Shown piece after piece: positions 1-11,228 of a DNA stretch of 64,000 bases. The position numbers and the translations under genes were made by a program. This DNA comes from Haliotis rufescens (lineage: Eukaryota): NCBI RefSeq assembly GCF_023055435.1, contig NW_025964373.1, positions 930,001-994,000 on the forward strand, in the 5' to 3' direction. Each line of letters starts with the position of its first letter. The stretch's first letter is position 1. Below the pieces are notes generated by a model. That model saw only the letters and a list, made by a program, of their open reading frames with translations. It was not told where the DNA came from and made no database searches.

Positions 1-170
1 GAGCTGTTGTTGTTACTCAGAGGTGAAGGAGGCTATATTCATGAGAATAGTGAGTTGCTGTTACCCAGAGCTGAGAGGGGCTATATTCACAAGAATTGTG
101 AGTTGTTTCCCAGAGGTGAGGGAGACTATATTCATAAAAATAGTGAGTTGCTGTTACCCAGAGCTGAGAG
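1..170. repeat. Degenerate ~45-48 bp tandem repeat overlapping the exon 3 splice donor
   Basis: Recurrent GTGAGTTGCTGTTACCCAGAGCTGAGAG...CTATATTCA units. The stretch at 49-78 nearly duplicates 142-171. Confidence 0.8.
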
Positions 171-313
171 GATAGCCGCAGTCCAGAAGACCTCCCCGAG
201 TAGGGCTGGCAGGTACAGCAGCCCTCCCATCCTCTCCCCATATTTGTACTGGAATGGATCCAGCATGGTCACATAGCCTTCTGATCGCATCTTGTTGGCA
301 AAGAACAATCCAC
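158..313 (-). CDS. SLC5A7: SLC5A7 third coding exon (gene continues beyond the window start)
   Basis: Acceptor TTGCAG ends at 314. The 156-nt exon reads (G)[51 protein letters not shown](G), containing the CHT1 [10 protein letters not shown] motif. Donor G|GTAAC at 158/157. Confidence 0.96.
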
Positions 314-814
314 CTGCAATAGGAATCAGATTGCATATTGGCTGGATGACCCTTTCATTCATCTTTAGTCAACCCGATAAATTCACTTATGCACGTTGTA
401 TTCTCTAGCAACAAATATAAGCTACACAATCCTTTCCACAACCATAACAAATCTCTGCCAGAGTACATTGTATGATTCTCACATCATGAGCATGTTTTTA
501 TGAATCACTATGAAATAGTGATGATACCAGGTGTTTGTGAAAAGATGAGCCTATCCTCCTCCAACGGTGGCACCATCAAAAATACATGCAAAGGCAAGTC
601 AACTGTTCATCTGACAAGACACATGAGCATATTGTACAAGTCAAAATAGGGAATTGCATTGGACATAACTTTTGTCACTGATACGTTGAATTTGGACATG
701 TTCTCGGCATGTCAACCGTAAGTTCAACAAAATGACAAATCGGATTTTGTTGAGCAATGTCAAAGATTCGTCATTTCCTTCAAAGTGATGTTGACTCCAA
801 CCCACTCACTTATT

Positions 815-1000
815 CCCAGTGGGAGTGGGTGGTCAGAATTGCTGACTTGGGTTATGCATGGCATCATTTCCCAATTGTGTAAATCGATGCTCCTGATGTC
901 AATCACTGAATTGCCTGGTCCAGACTTCCTCATTTACAGACTGCCGTCATATAGCTGGAATATTGCTGAGTGAGGCATTAAAAGACAAACAAAGATAACA
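815..1000 (+). mobile_element. SINE-like repeat, family B (tail GCCGTCATATAGCTGGAATATTGCTGAGTG...AAACAAAC)
   Basis: Near-identical body and tail at 6066-6284, 12105-12320 and 36905-37016, with a degenerate copy at 43130-43270. Confidence 0.8.
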
Positions 1001-1109
1001 AGGTAACTGGTCTGCTTTTGTCTTGTGGCCTTATCGCATGATCTAAATATGTCAGTAGTTCACTGAAAATTATTTAGTGTACAAAATGTGATGTCTTCCC
1101 GGAGCTTAC

Positions 1110-1217
1110 CAAAGATGAGACTCAGGGCATATCCAAAGGGGGCTTGACACCACACCAGGCCATCTCGGACAATGATCTCGGCTGTGCCATTGATGTACGC
1201 CCCTCCGACCCACGTGG
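1110..1217 (-). CDS. SLC5A7: SLC5A7 second coding exon
   Basis: Acceptor TTGCAG ends at 1218. The 108-nt exon reads (A)[35 protein letters not shown](G), the CHT1 ATWVGGxYINGTAE motif. Donor G|GTAAG at 1110/1109. Phases match both neighbouring exons. Confidence 0.96.
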
Positions 1218-1339
1218 CTGCAATACAAACACAAGTCTTTGAAAGGCATTTAGAAGCGATACACATAAGGAAGTGAATTTATAGATGTTTACTCACCTGA
1301 TGAAGGAGTAAATATATACTCTGAGGTGTACGTGGAGGT

Positions 1340-1670
1340 GATTAATTCACTTATATAGCAACACGCATGCACGTGCGTGCGTGCGTGTGTGTGTGTGTGT
1401 GCATGGGTGCGTGCGTGTGTGTGTGGCTGCTTGTACTAGTTCAGACTGATGCCGATTTAAATTGCTAGCTCACTGAGATACCATGCCACAATTTAACATG
1501 AATACCCCACTCAGACACTGTATACTGACTCTGAGCCGACCAGTCCTTGTTTTAGCCCCTTAATGTACAAGTACCATCTTATAATGTCTTTTGGTATGAC
1601 GAGGCCGAGGATCGAACCCTGAACCTTCAGCTCTTGGGTGGACGCTTAACTACTAGACCACGGAGGCGGT
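1340..1670 (-). mobile_element. tRNA-headed SINE, family C (V-SINE-like) with internal (CA)n
   Basis: Minus strand starts ACCGCCTCCGTGGTCTAGTAG (A box) and has GGTTCGATCC (B box). The body GTCATACCAAAAGAC...GTCTGAGTGGGG...CAGTGAGCTAGCA resembles molluscan V-SINEs as I recall them. Related copies at 2440-2712 (+) and 19795-20075 (-). Confidence 0.75.
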
Positions 1671-2439
1671 AGGAAAGCAGAAAGGGTTACAGTGAACAAA
1701 AGACAATAGTATCACTGCTACTGAAATATGCTGAAATATGTACTTAGGAATACAGTTTCAGTTAGAGTGAAATACAGACAATGCTATGATGCCACTACTG
1801 CTAGTATTTACTTGGGGATATGTTGTTAGTCAAACAGTATAACATAAAACATGAACGCTAGAGAATAAGTGGTCTCGATTATCAGATGAAACACATTCCA
1901 TTAGGCGTAAAGGGCAAATTATCATTGAAAATTACATGCATGAATCACTGAATATCAGTTGTCAGGGAAGTAGTTTATTTACAAGCCGCTTCCAGAAGTC
2001 ACCTTCACAATTTCAAAAAGAGAAACACAATGTTTTTTTAAAATGAGGCTTATCTGAAATTTTGCTCCATGATTCCTATCCAGAAAGTGAATGGTTTCTT
2101 CGATATGTGTTTGTCCCAGGTTACCATTGTTTTAAACATCATAAAGATGTTCTGGCGTCATATATACAGAACATGCTATGATTATCATGTGTCCTTACTC
2201 ACAGTCAATATGTAACATTGTGCATAATATTAAAACTAGTTTTCTTATGACTTAACATGATCTACATTGATCGGCTAATTCTATATTTGTACACTGTTAT
2301 TTGCATATGTCTTTAGAGTATACAACAGCTAAACTGACACATCATGTGTCAATAGCACATCTAGAACCTCAGTAATCTGTCAACCTGCCTTCTGGACAAC
2401 CATGCATGAAGGACACAGCCTAGTACCCATGAACTGCCT

Positions 2440-2712
2440 CCATGACTCCGCTAGAGGAGAGGAGAATGGAAGGTCGGGGGATTGATCCCGACGCCCGTAT
2501 CATACCAAGACGGCAAAAGATGGCACTTATTGTTACCCTGCTTGGTGCTAGGCATTAAACTGTGTCTGAGTGGGGTTATTTTATAACTTTGACATGGTAT
2601 CTTAGCGGGCTTCCAGTATAAAGCCAGCATTTAGTCCAGACCAGTACAATCAGACACAGACACATGCAAACATACACTCACGTTGCTATAAAAGTGAAAT
2701 TATCTTGAACGC
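2440..2712 (+). mobile_element. Degenerate family C SINE
   Basis: TCATACCAAGAC, TGTCTGAGTGGGG and CATGGTATCTTAG blocks are shared with 1340-1670. Confidence 0.65.
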
Positions 2713-4011
2713 AATGATAGTACCCCTGATGTGTTAATCTGGACACTTGTTAATCTGGACTCTTGTTAATCTGGACATCTCCAGTGGGAATAGAACCATC
2801 CGGATTATCAAGGTTTCACTGTACAACCACTGAATGAGTTGCAAATGAGTTGTACATTAATCTTGCTTTGGTATATTGACTTGGATGTTTTTTTCACAAT
2901 TGATGCATTCAAAGATAAGAAATAAAGTACAGACTGTCCACAGCACTAACCTAAGCCTTCAAAAGATCAAGAATAGCTTGTACGCCCCGTGGTTCAAACT
3001 GGCAGCAGTTTAAGCCCAAACTGTCTCAATTCAATAAGTATGAAGCAGACATTCGGTGATTCTACTTTTGCTTCTTATTCTAATGACTTCTTTTATGAAG
3101 TTATCAAAATAAAAGACAGCAGTCATATGGTGGACCTATCTGGCTTTGTCTCAACTGTGGAAATCACAATATCGGACAAAACCGTTTTATTGCTCCTTAA
3201 AGACGGGGAATTATGGAGCAGTCTGTGAATCGACAGCAAATCAAATTTTCTTCAATTGCCAGGTATTATCTCTGTCTGGATACTGAATTTCCACACTAGT
3301 GGCCAATAAAACAAGCGCTGTCCACAGACAGGCAACTGGGAGAAAATCAGACAGGCAAGACTGTCATTGGATCCAAGAAACTTAATTGGGTAATCCTGCA
3401 AAATGCTCTGTCAAATTTCCATAATTCAGTGCTGATTTGTAACGCGTTGCCACGCTGAAAAAGGTAGCAGTGTGATCAGGGAGCCTAAGCCTGTTTCTAC
3501 AACTGCTAAGATCCTCGCTTTCTCGGCTGTAATTTTCATTTGACATTAGGACCAAATGGCATATTGATTGAGTAGGGGGTTCTGCGTATATGCTCCCCAA
3601 ATCAATCTGTCTAGAGAAATAGAGAAATATCATCATTAGACATTATGACGGCAGGCCCTCTATCAGAAAATTGAATTTTTCCAATAAGATAACAAAGACA
3701 CTCATTTATTTCACCAATTGGTGCACGTTACTGCAACACTTTGTCTAGTACAAGTTGGGTCAGTTACTGAGATTCAGAGTGTTGTCAATCGGGCAATAAA
3801 TATCACAAATTACAAACCCTTTTACAATTACAACTTATCACTCCTTTTCTCTGATTGGTCCAGATATTGAAATACAAAATATTTTTTTTATATCCTGCTT
3901 ATCTGAGTTACTATGGTTACTGGATGCTGATAAGGAGTGGAGTGTGCACACAGATTTTCTCTGTTTAAACTTTGGTGACTCTGTTATAGTTACAAAAACC
4001 TTAATTAAATT

Positions 4012-4365
4012 TGTCTTGTTTGTTGATCAAAACATGCCACTCAGCAGTATTCCAGCTGTATGATGAGTACAATGTGTGAAGCCCATTTCTGGTGTCCCCC
4101 GCGGTGATATTGCTGGAATATTGCTAAAAGCGGCGTAAAACCTCACTCACTCACTCACTCCAGCTGTATCACAGCTGTTACAGAATCAAGTCAGGACCAA
4201 ACAAGCCAGTGACTGAGTGAGTAATAGAGATATTTGAATGAATTAGGCTTCACACATTGCACCCATGTGGGGAATCAAACCCAGACCTTCTGAGTGATGA
4301 GCGAACACTTTAACCCCAAGGCTAGCCCATAATCCAAAGCCAGTGATTGACATAATGAGCATTTG
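4012..4365. mobile_element. Nested SINE cluster: minus-strand family B copy interrupted by two family A SINEs
   Basis: Insertion 1 (+) is flanked by TCCAGCTGTAT at 4051-4061 and 4159-4169. Insertion 2 (-) is flanked by AAGCCAGTGAYTGA at 4203-4216 and 4337-4350. Confidence 0.7.
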
Positions 4366-5240
4366 GATTAGATGAAAAAAAACCCGGATGCATTCACTTA
4401 ACTCTTACAACAAGAATAAGTTATTCGCAGGGATAATTCTAGGGTGGGCCCTTGTGCTTTTAGCCCTTAAATTTGAAAAAAAGGCCCACATTTTCAAATA
4501 CAATGAGACATTTTAACATTGTGCTGCATGGGCATGTGTGGGTGGAATATTTGAAATTTTCACATAAAGGGCCCATGTCAGAAAATTCCAAGAGTGAACC
4601 CTGTACTCGGGGCCATTTCTAAGCCAGTGTAAGCTGCCCAAATCAAATCCACCCCCCTTCAGAGTACACCCGGGGTAGATTCTGGGAGCTCCCAAATTAT
4701 ACCCGGGGGTTGATTCTGGGAAAGGGGGGTAGATTCTGGGAGCTACCAGAATATACCCCGGGGGTGTGTTTATACTTTCAAAGCGTTAACACACAGTATA
4801 AGTTATAGCTAGGTCAACTAACTATTATGAACTTGATATATGGTCAGAGTCCATTGTTAACTCAGTGTGGCTCAATAGTCCTTGGGAAGACCTGATCCTA
4901 CAATAAGTTAGCATTACAGCTTAGATTGTAAGGAGAGATTAATAATCACATTATCTGTCAACGATATCTCCTCTCGAGGTGGATGGAAATACCTGCAGCC
5001 ATGGACTGGCCACGGCAGTAACAAGATGTGACATTTAGACAACTATCAGGAACCATCGCCCCAAGAAGAACAGACCTGTTTCAGTTACCTAATGCTACGT
5101 GTACTTGATGTTCCTAACCAAACAGACATGGCTGAGTGCAGCATTAAACAACATTACACAAACATTAGCACACTGCCCCCTTGTGGGAATCACATAGGTC
5201 TCTTGACCAACATGAAAAGCCTTGTCTCCAGTGAGCCATT

Positions 5241-5922
5241 GAGGGAAAAGTGAGTCATGTGTCTCGAGTGAAAGGTGAGTTATGTGTCTCGAGGGAAAGG
5301 TGAGTCATGTGTCTTGAGGGAAAGGGGAGTCATGTGTCTTGAGGGAAAGGGGAGTCATGTGTCTCGAGGGAAAGGTGAGTCATGTGTCTCGGGGGAAAGG
5401 TGAGTCATGTGTCTCGAGGGAAAGGCAAGTTATGTGTCTTGAGGGAAAGATGAGTCATGTGTCTCGATGGAAAGGTGAGTCATGTGTCTCGAGGGAAAGG
5501 CAAGTTATGTGTCTTGAGGGAAAGGTGAGTCATGTGTCACGAGAGAAAGGTGAGACATGTGTCTCGAGGGAAATGTGAGTCATGTGTCCTGAGGGAAAGG
5601 TGAATCATGTGTCTCGAGGAAAAGGTGAGTCATGTGTTGTCTCGAGGGAAAGGTGAGTCATGTGTCTTGAGGGAAAGGCAAGTTATGTGTCTCGAGGGAA
5701 AGGTGAGTCATGTGTCTTGAGGGAAAGGTGAGTCATGTATCTTGAGGGAAAGGTAAGTCATGTGTCTTGAGGGAAAGGCAAGTCATGTGTCTCGAGGGAA
5801 AGGTGAGTCATGTGTCTTGAGGGAAAGGTGAGTCATGTGTCTTGAGGGAAAGGTGAGTCATGTGTCTTGAGGGAAAGGCAATTAAGTCATGTGTCTTGAG
5901 GGAAAGGTGAGTCATGTGTCTT
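5241..5922. repeat. 25-bp minisatellite, ~27 copies
   Basis: Unit GAGGGAAAGGTGAGTCATGTGTCTY, period 25 (5291 to 5316). Confidence 0.95.
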
Positions 5923-6065
5923 GTACAGGTTCCTAACTGATGTTAGGATATGGTATACTTTCATCCTTAGAATTGGCTAGGAGGTATTGTGTTTGAAGGC
6001 ATTATCAAACAATAATTATTTTTGTGCATAATTTTATGAATACTACACAAAATTCATGTCTAGGG

Positions 6066-6284
6066 GTCCCCTGAAGAATCCAGGTAAGAATAGGTCTTCA
6101 TCAAACCATGCTTGTCGTAAAAGTTGACTAACGGGACCGGGTGGTCAGGCTTGCTGACTTGGTTGATGCATGTCATTGTATCCCAATTGTGTAGATTGAT
6201 TTGCATGATGTCATGATATTTACAGACCGCCGTCATATAGCTGGAATATTGCTGAGTGCGGTGTAAACAACAAACAAACAAAAT
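6066..6284 (+). mobile_element. Family B SINE
   Basis: Body plus AAACAAAC tail, flanked by a TSD-like GTCTAGGG at about 6058 and 6288. Confidence 0.8.
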
Positions 6285-6671
6285 CAAGTCTAGGGTGTCT
6301 CATCCACACTGTCAGTATATTTTGAGACAACTATTACAGATATATTTATTGATATTCTTCCTTTGGATGTTTAAGAGTCTGAGAAAAGAAACACTCAACA
6401 CAGGTAACAAATTGCTCCATTAGCATAGCTATGAATAATGTTCCTTCAATGTTCCTACTGATCTAATTGTTCAAAGAAAGAAGCAAATCAATCATCATCG
6501 GCCTTTCATGTTCTGTTGTGTATGCAAGAGGTTTCCATATGCTCCAACACAGACCAACATGAAACATTCTAAGGGACAAATTTGTCATTCTTTTTTTTAA
6601 ACATTGTTTGTTGAGTGAGTGAGTGAGTGAATTGGGTTTCATGTTAATTTTGAACAATACTTCAGTCATGT

Positions 6672-6823
6672 NNNNNNNNNNNNNNNNNNNNNNNNNNNNN
6701 NNNNNNNNNNNNNNNNNNNNNNNNNNNNNNNNNNNNNNNNNNNNNNNNNNNNNNNNNNNNNNNNNNNNNNNNNNNNNNNNNNNNNNNNNNNNNNNNNNNN
6801 NNNNNNNNNNNNNNNNNNNNNNN
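6672..6823. other. Assembly gap (152 N)
   Basis: Run of N. Confidence 1.
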
Positions 6824-6850
6824 CGTCTCGTCCAATTTGATTGTTCCTAC

Positions 6851-8147
6851 CACCTGCACAATCAAAGGACTGGCTATATTGTCATGAAATCTCATCTCTG
6901 CTACCTGCACAATCAAAGGACTGGCTATATTGTCATGAAATCTCATCTCTGCCACCTGCACAATCAAAGGACTGGCTATATGATCATGAAATCTCATCTC
7001 TGCTACCGGCACAATCAAAGGACTGGCTATATTGTCATGAAATCGCATCTCTGCCACCGGCACGATCAAAGGACTGGCTATATTGTCATGAAATCTCATT
7101 TCTGCCACCGGCACAATCAAAGGACTGGCTATATTGTCATGAAATCGCATCTCTGCCACCTGCACAATCAAAGGACTGGCTATATTGTCATGAAATCTCA
7201 TCTCTGCTACCTGCACAATCAAAGGACTGGCTATATTGTCATGAAATCGCATCTCTGCCACCTGCACAATCAAAGGACTGGCTATATTGTCATGAAATCT
7301 CATCTCTGCCACCGGCACAATCAAAGGACTGGCTATATGGTCATGAAATCTCATCTCTGCCACCTGCACAATCAAAGGACTGGCTATATTGTCATGAAAT
7401 CTCATTTCTGCCACCTGCACAATCAAAGGACTGGCTATATGGTCATGAAATCTCATCTCTGCCACCTGCACAATCAAAGGACTGGCTATATGATCATGAA
7501 ATCTCAACTCTGCCACCTGCACGATCAAAGAAATGGCTATATGGTCATGAAATCTCATCTCTGCCACCTGCACAATCAAAGGACTGGCTATATTGTCATG
7601 AAATCGCATCTCTGCCATCTGCACAATCAAAGGACTGGCTATATTGTCATGAAATCTCATCTCTGCCACCTGCACAATCAAAGGACTGGCTATATTGTCA
7701 TGAAATCTCATCTCTGCTACCTGCACAATCAAAGGACTGGCTATATTGTCATGAAATCTCATCTCTGCCACCTACACAATCAAAGGACTGGCTATTTTGT
7801 CATGAAATCTCATCTCTGCTACCTGCACAATCAAAGGACTGGCTATATTGTCATGAAATCGCATCTCTGCCACCTGCACAATCAAAGGACTGGCTATATT
7901 ATCATGAAATCTCATTTCTGCCACCGGCACAATCAAAGGACTGGCTATATGGTCATGAAATCTCATCTCTGCCACCTGCACAATCAAAGGACTGGCTATA
8001 TGATCATGAAATCTCATCTCTGCCACCTGCACGATCAAAGAAATGGCTATATGGTCATGAAATCTCATCTCTGCCACCTGCACGATCAAAGGACTGCCTA
8101 TATGGTCATGAAATCTCATCTCTGCCACCTGCACAATCAAAGGAATG
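6851..8147. repeat. 51-bp minisatellite, ~25 copies
   Basis: Unit CCACCTGCACAATCAAAGGACTGGCTATATTGTCATGAAATCTCATCTCTG. Being 17 codons long, it explains the repetitive ORFs on both strands. Confidence 0.97.
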
Positions 8148-8736
8148 GCCACATGCTCATTTTACCAAATAGTCATGCAACCTCCTTGTCCTAATCAGCC
8201 ATATCAAGATTCCAGGGCCTTGATGATCACTAAAATCAAAAGGAAACACACCAAGGGCACCAGGGGTATTAGATTACATTTTCCTTCGACTAATGATCTT
8301 GTGAATAATTGATGTGGGTATATGAGTGACAGGAGGTGATTGATTGACGGAGGTGGTGATGGACCTGGCACCTGGAACGATGGACACGTATTGATCTAAC
8401 TGCTGGTCTGTTTCCTGAAACACACACATCAGCACTAATGGAGGTACATTTTTGTCCATTAGTATCATGGACAGAGTGGATACTTGGGATGAAATGGGTT
8501 CCTCTGCAAAAACAAACTGTGTAAACTGAAGATGACAGGATGGGCCTTCTCCCACCACTGGGACGTCGGCTGTCGAACGTGTCATGAATCTCAGGGAAAA
8601 TTGTGAACATGAAATTTTAAGGGGATATGTCCATCTCAAAGATTAAAAGTCTTTCAATGATATTGGATTAATCTTAAGCAGATTCAGCAATCAGCAGTTT
8701 CACTGATTTCATTCTGTGTTTGTCTGAGCAGTTTTA

Positions 8737-8875
8737 GGGGCGGTCGGGTAGCCTAGTGGTTACAGTGTTCGCTCGCCACGCTGAAGACCCGGGTTCAGTT
8801 CCCGACATGGTCTCCCCCGCCGTCATATTGCTGGAATATTGCTAAAAGCGGCGTTTAACCAAACTCACTCACTCA
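8737..8875 (+). mobile_element. tRNA-derived SINE, family A (internally deleted)
   Basis: A box TAGCCTAGTGG, B-box-like GGTTCAGTTCC, tail GCTGGAATATTGCTAAAAGCGGCG...(ACTC)n. TSD CTGAGCAGTYTTA at 8724-8736 and 8876-8888. Confidence 0.85.
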
Positions 8876-8901
8876 CTGAGCAGTCTTAACTTTTCTCAGA
8901 A

Positions 8902-9150
8902 GAGTGAGTGAGTGAGTTTGGTTTAGTGCTGGTTTGAACAGTTTTCGAGTTATATCACGGCGTGACAGCTTAATGATGGAGGAAAACCCAAAGTGATGCA
9001 AAACCCATGAGTACGGGTGTGGTGCTTACAAACCTAGAAACATGATCGAGGCAAACTGGGATTCGAACCCACAATCACAGGCTTCGTGCCTATAGTACGC
9101 AACTCTGCACAGCAAAATTTTAGCGCCTTATACGACTGGGCCACCCTTGC
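8902..9150 (-). mobile_element. tRNA(Leu/Ser-like)-headed SINE with Meta-SINE-like body
   Basis: Minus strand reads GCAAGGGTGGCCCAGTCGTATAAGGCGCT...GTGGGTTCGAATCCCA, then GGGTTTTCCTCCATC...GCCGTGATATAAC...(ACTC)n. A partial relative lies at about 42966-43060. Confidence 0.7.
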
Positions 9151-11114
9151 ACCTTGGGTCATAACAGCTCTGATGAACCCAGGCTTGCTGTATGAACTGT
9201 ACTTGCTGTACGATAATGGTGATTAGCTGATTGTGTGACTTCATACCCTGGTTGACATCGAATGTAGCTGATGCTATAAACTACTGGTTTGCCTGGGCCA
9301 AACTTGATCACTTCAAGGCTGAACATAGCCGAATGTGGCATAAAACAACATTTTCACTCACTCACTCACTCACCCATTCATACAATCATTAAGGCTTTAA
9401 TTTTTTAACCTTAAGTCATTCCTCCTTGGTAATCAATTCAGCTGACAGAACAAATGTGATAAACTTTCAGTTTTGTGCCATAGGACAATCCTTAATAGCT
9501 TGGCGAAATATTGACAAAGTACTGCTCATGGAGGACTTAATTCACTTAATCTGTATCAGGTTAATTAAATAGCTGGTGTCAAGGGTATCAGGCAGTGTAA
9601 CATGTTTACTGAAATGTATCGGCTTACGCATGAACTTCCTTGTATTCTAACTGTATAGCTCAGCACACCAGCCATGCTTGCATCACGGAAATGAATCTTG
9701 TTCTTGAGTGCTTCCATTGTAGCAAGCCATTGCTGCTGACAAGAAGCCTCTCTTCTACAATACCCAGAGGAGTTTTGCAATGAGCAAGTTATTGATTACC
9801 ATGCGATAATCAATAGGGGCCACGCCCCCTGATTGATCTCTGATCGTACCTGTAGCCACCCCAGCTCCTACAACGTGTCATTAATATCACATGAAATGTT
9901 TGCCGGCACTGAAGACCAATTAAACAACTTGTATACCACAAAGGAAGATTGGTTATGTAATGAATGACAAGTTACACCGGATAAGCGGTTGGCGATGAAA
10001 GATGGCGACCTACCATCATTAGTCACACTCTGTGGCCATGAAGACATCATGCCAGACAATGAAGGATCAAGTCCTCTTTGTCGGGAACATGGGGGGGGGT
10101 CAAAGGCTTCATGTATTGATTGGCCAGACTATCAGAAGAGTTTCAGGAGACAATGCAACCCAGAGGCTCTATGTATTCAGTAATAAAATAACAAATATTA
10201 AACAATTACTAGTACAAGAGTATCTCGCATCAAAATGTTGGCTGACAGCTTGAGGAATATTAACAATTACTTGTAATGAGGGGGACTTGAGGCCAAATGT
10301 ATTCAGAAAATATTGAACATATACTGGTACAAGGATATCTTGTGACAAAATGTTTCCTGAAAGCTGGAGAAATATGTACAATTCCTTGTGACAAGAGTAT
10401 CTTAAGCCTAAATTTAAAAATGTAAAAAAATACTTCAGATTTTCTTGTACAATAGTAGTGGCTTTTGACTAAGTGTTTAGAAGGACAAGATTAATGTGGT
10501 TATTTTCAACCAATATTTATGAGAGGTGGTCCTAATGTACCTCTTTTTCAGATTTTACTCATGGACATATATTTCCACAGGAATCTGACTGTACCAACCA
10601 AGTTGATTCAATGACATACATACAATTGGAAGATGAGGAAGAGAGAAACTAGAATCCATCACTTGTTGTTTGGTGTCAAGATCCATACAAGTTACCACCT
10701 TTTTGTGTGAGGCTTGCTGACAGTTTCTAAACACGGCCATTCATCATCTCGGGTGCAATAAGAGGTGGCTCCCCTCACCATACAATCAATACAGCCAAAT
10801 TACACAGCTTCAGTATGTCAGAATCTATCATCCCATTTCCAATTTACATCCGCAACCCACAGACTACCAACTGAAGGAGAAAAACCTCTCTCTCCACGCA
10901 AGTCAAATGTTTTCATGCTGTTCCTACAGGCCGTTTTGTTGACATATTTCTTAAGTTTCAAACTGTCGACGAAAAACTGTGTAATTCTGAAAGCATTAAT
11001 GTGAACTGAAATGTTCCATTATGACCAGGTATTAAAGATTCTGGCAGAAGCCATACACCGATACATAATCTCCACATTATATCATTATGGTCTCTGATTC
11101 TGGTTAAACTGGGT

Positions 11115-11228
11115 TGTGTGGTGATGTGTGGTGATGTGTGGCGCGGTGGTGTGGAGCAGGGTGTGGTGTGGTGTGGTGCGCTGTGTGGTGATGTGTGGTG
11201 TGGTGTGGTGTGGTGTGGTGTGGTGTGC
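11115..11228. repeat. (GTGTG)n pentanucleotide microsatellite
   Basis: Direct reading. Confidence 0.9.

Noticed and set aside
2989-3228. 79-aa ORF with faint OB-fold-like pattern (VDLSGFVSTV...D.T...LW)
   Set aside because: Too short and weak, with no supporting splice structure or neighbouring domains.
6623-8194. 523/443/369-aa repetitive ORFs
   Set aside because: Translations of a 51-bp tandem array, open on both strands. Two of them run through an N gap. No unique domain.
8274-8640. Possible piggyBac C-terminal Cys-rich remnant on the minus strand
   Set aside because: Only a vague HF.P...C..C resemblance requiring several frameshifts. Not supportable without a search.
9868-10870. Coding-looking fragments near 9.9-10.9 kb
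   Set aside because: Interrupted by stops, and I cannot assign a family or consistent exon chain.
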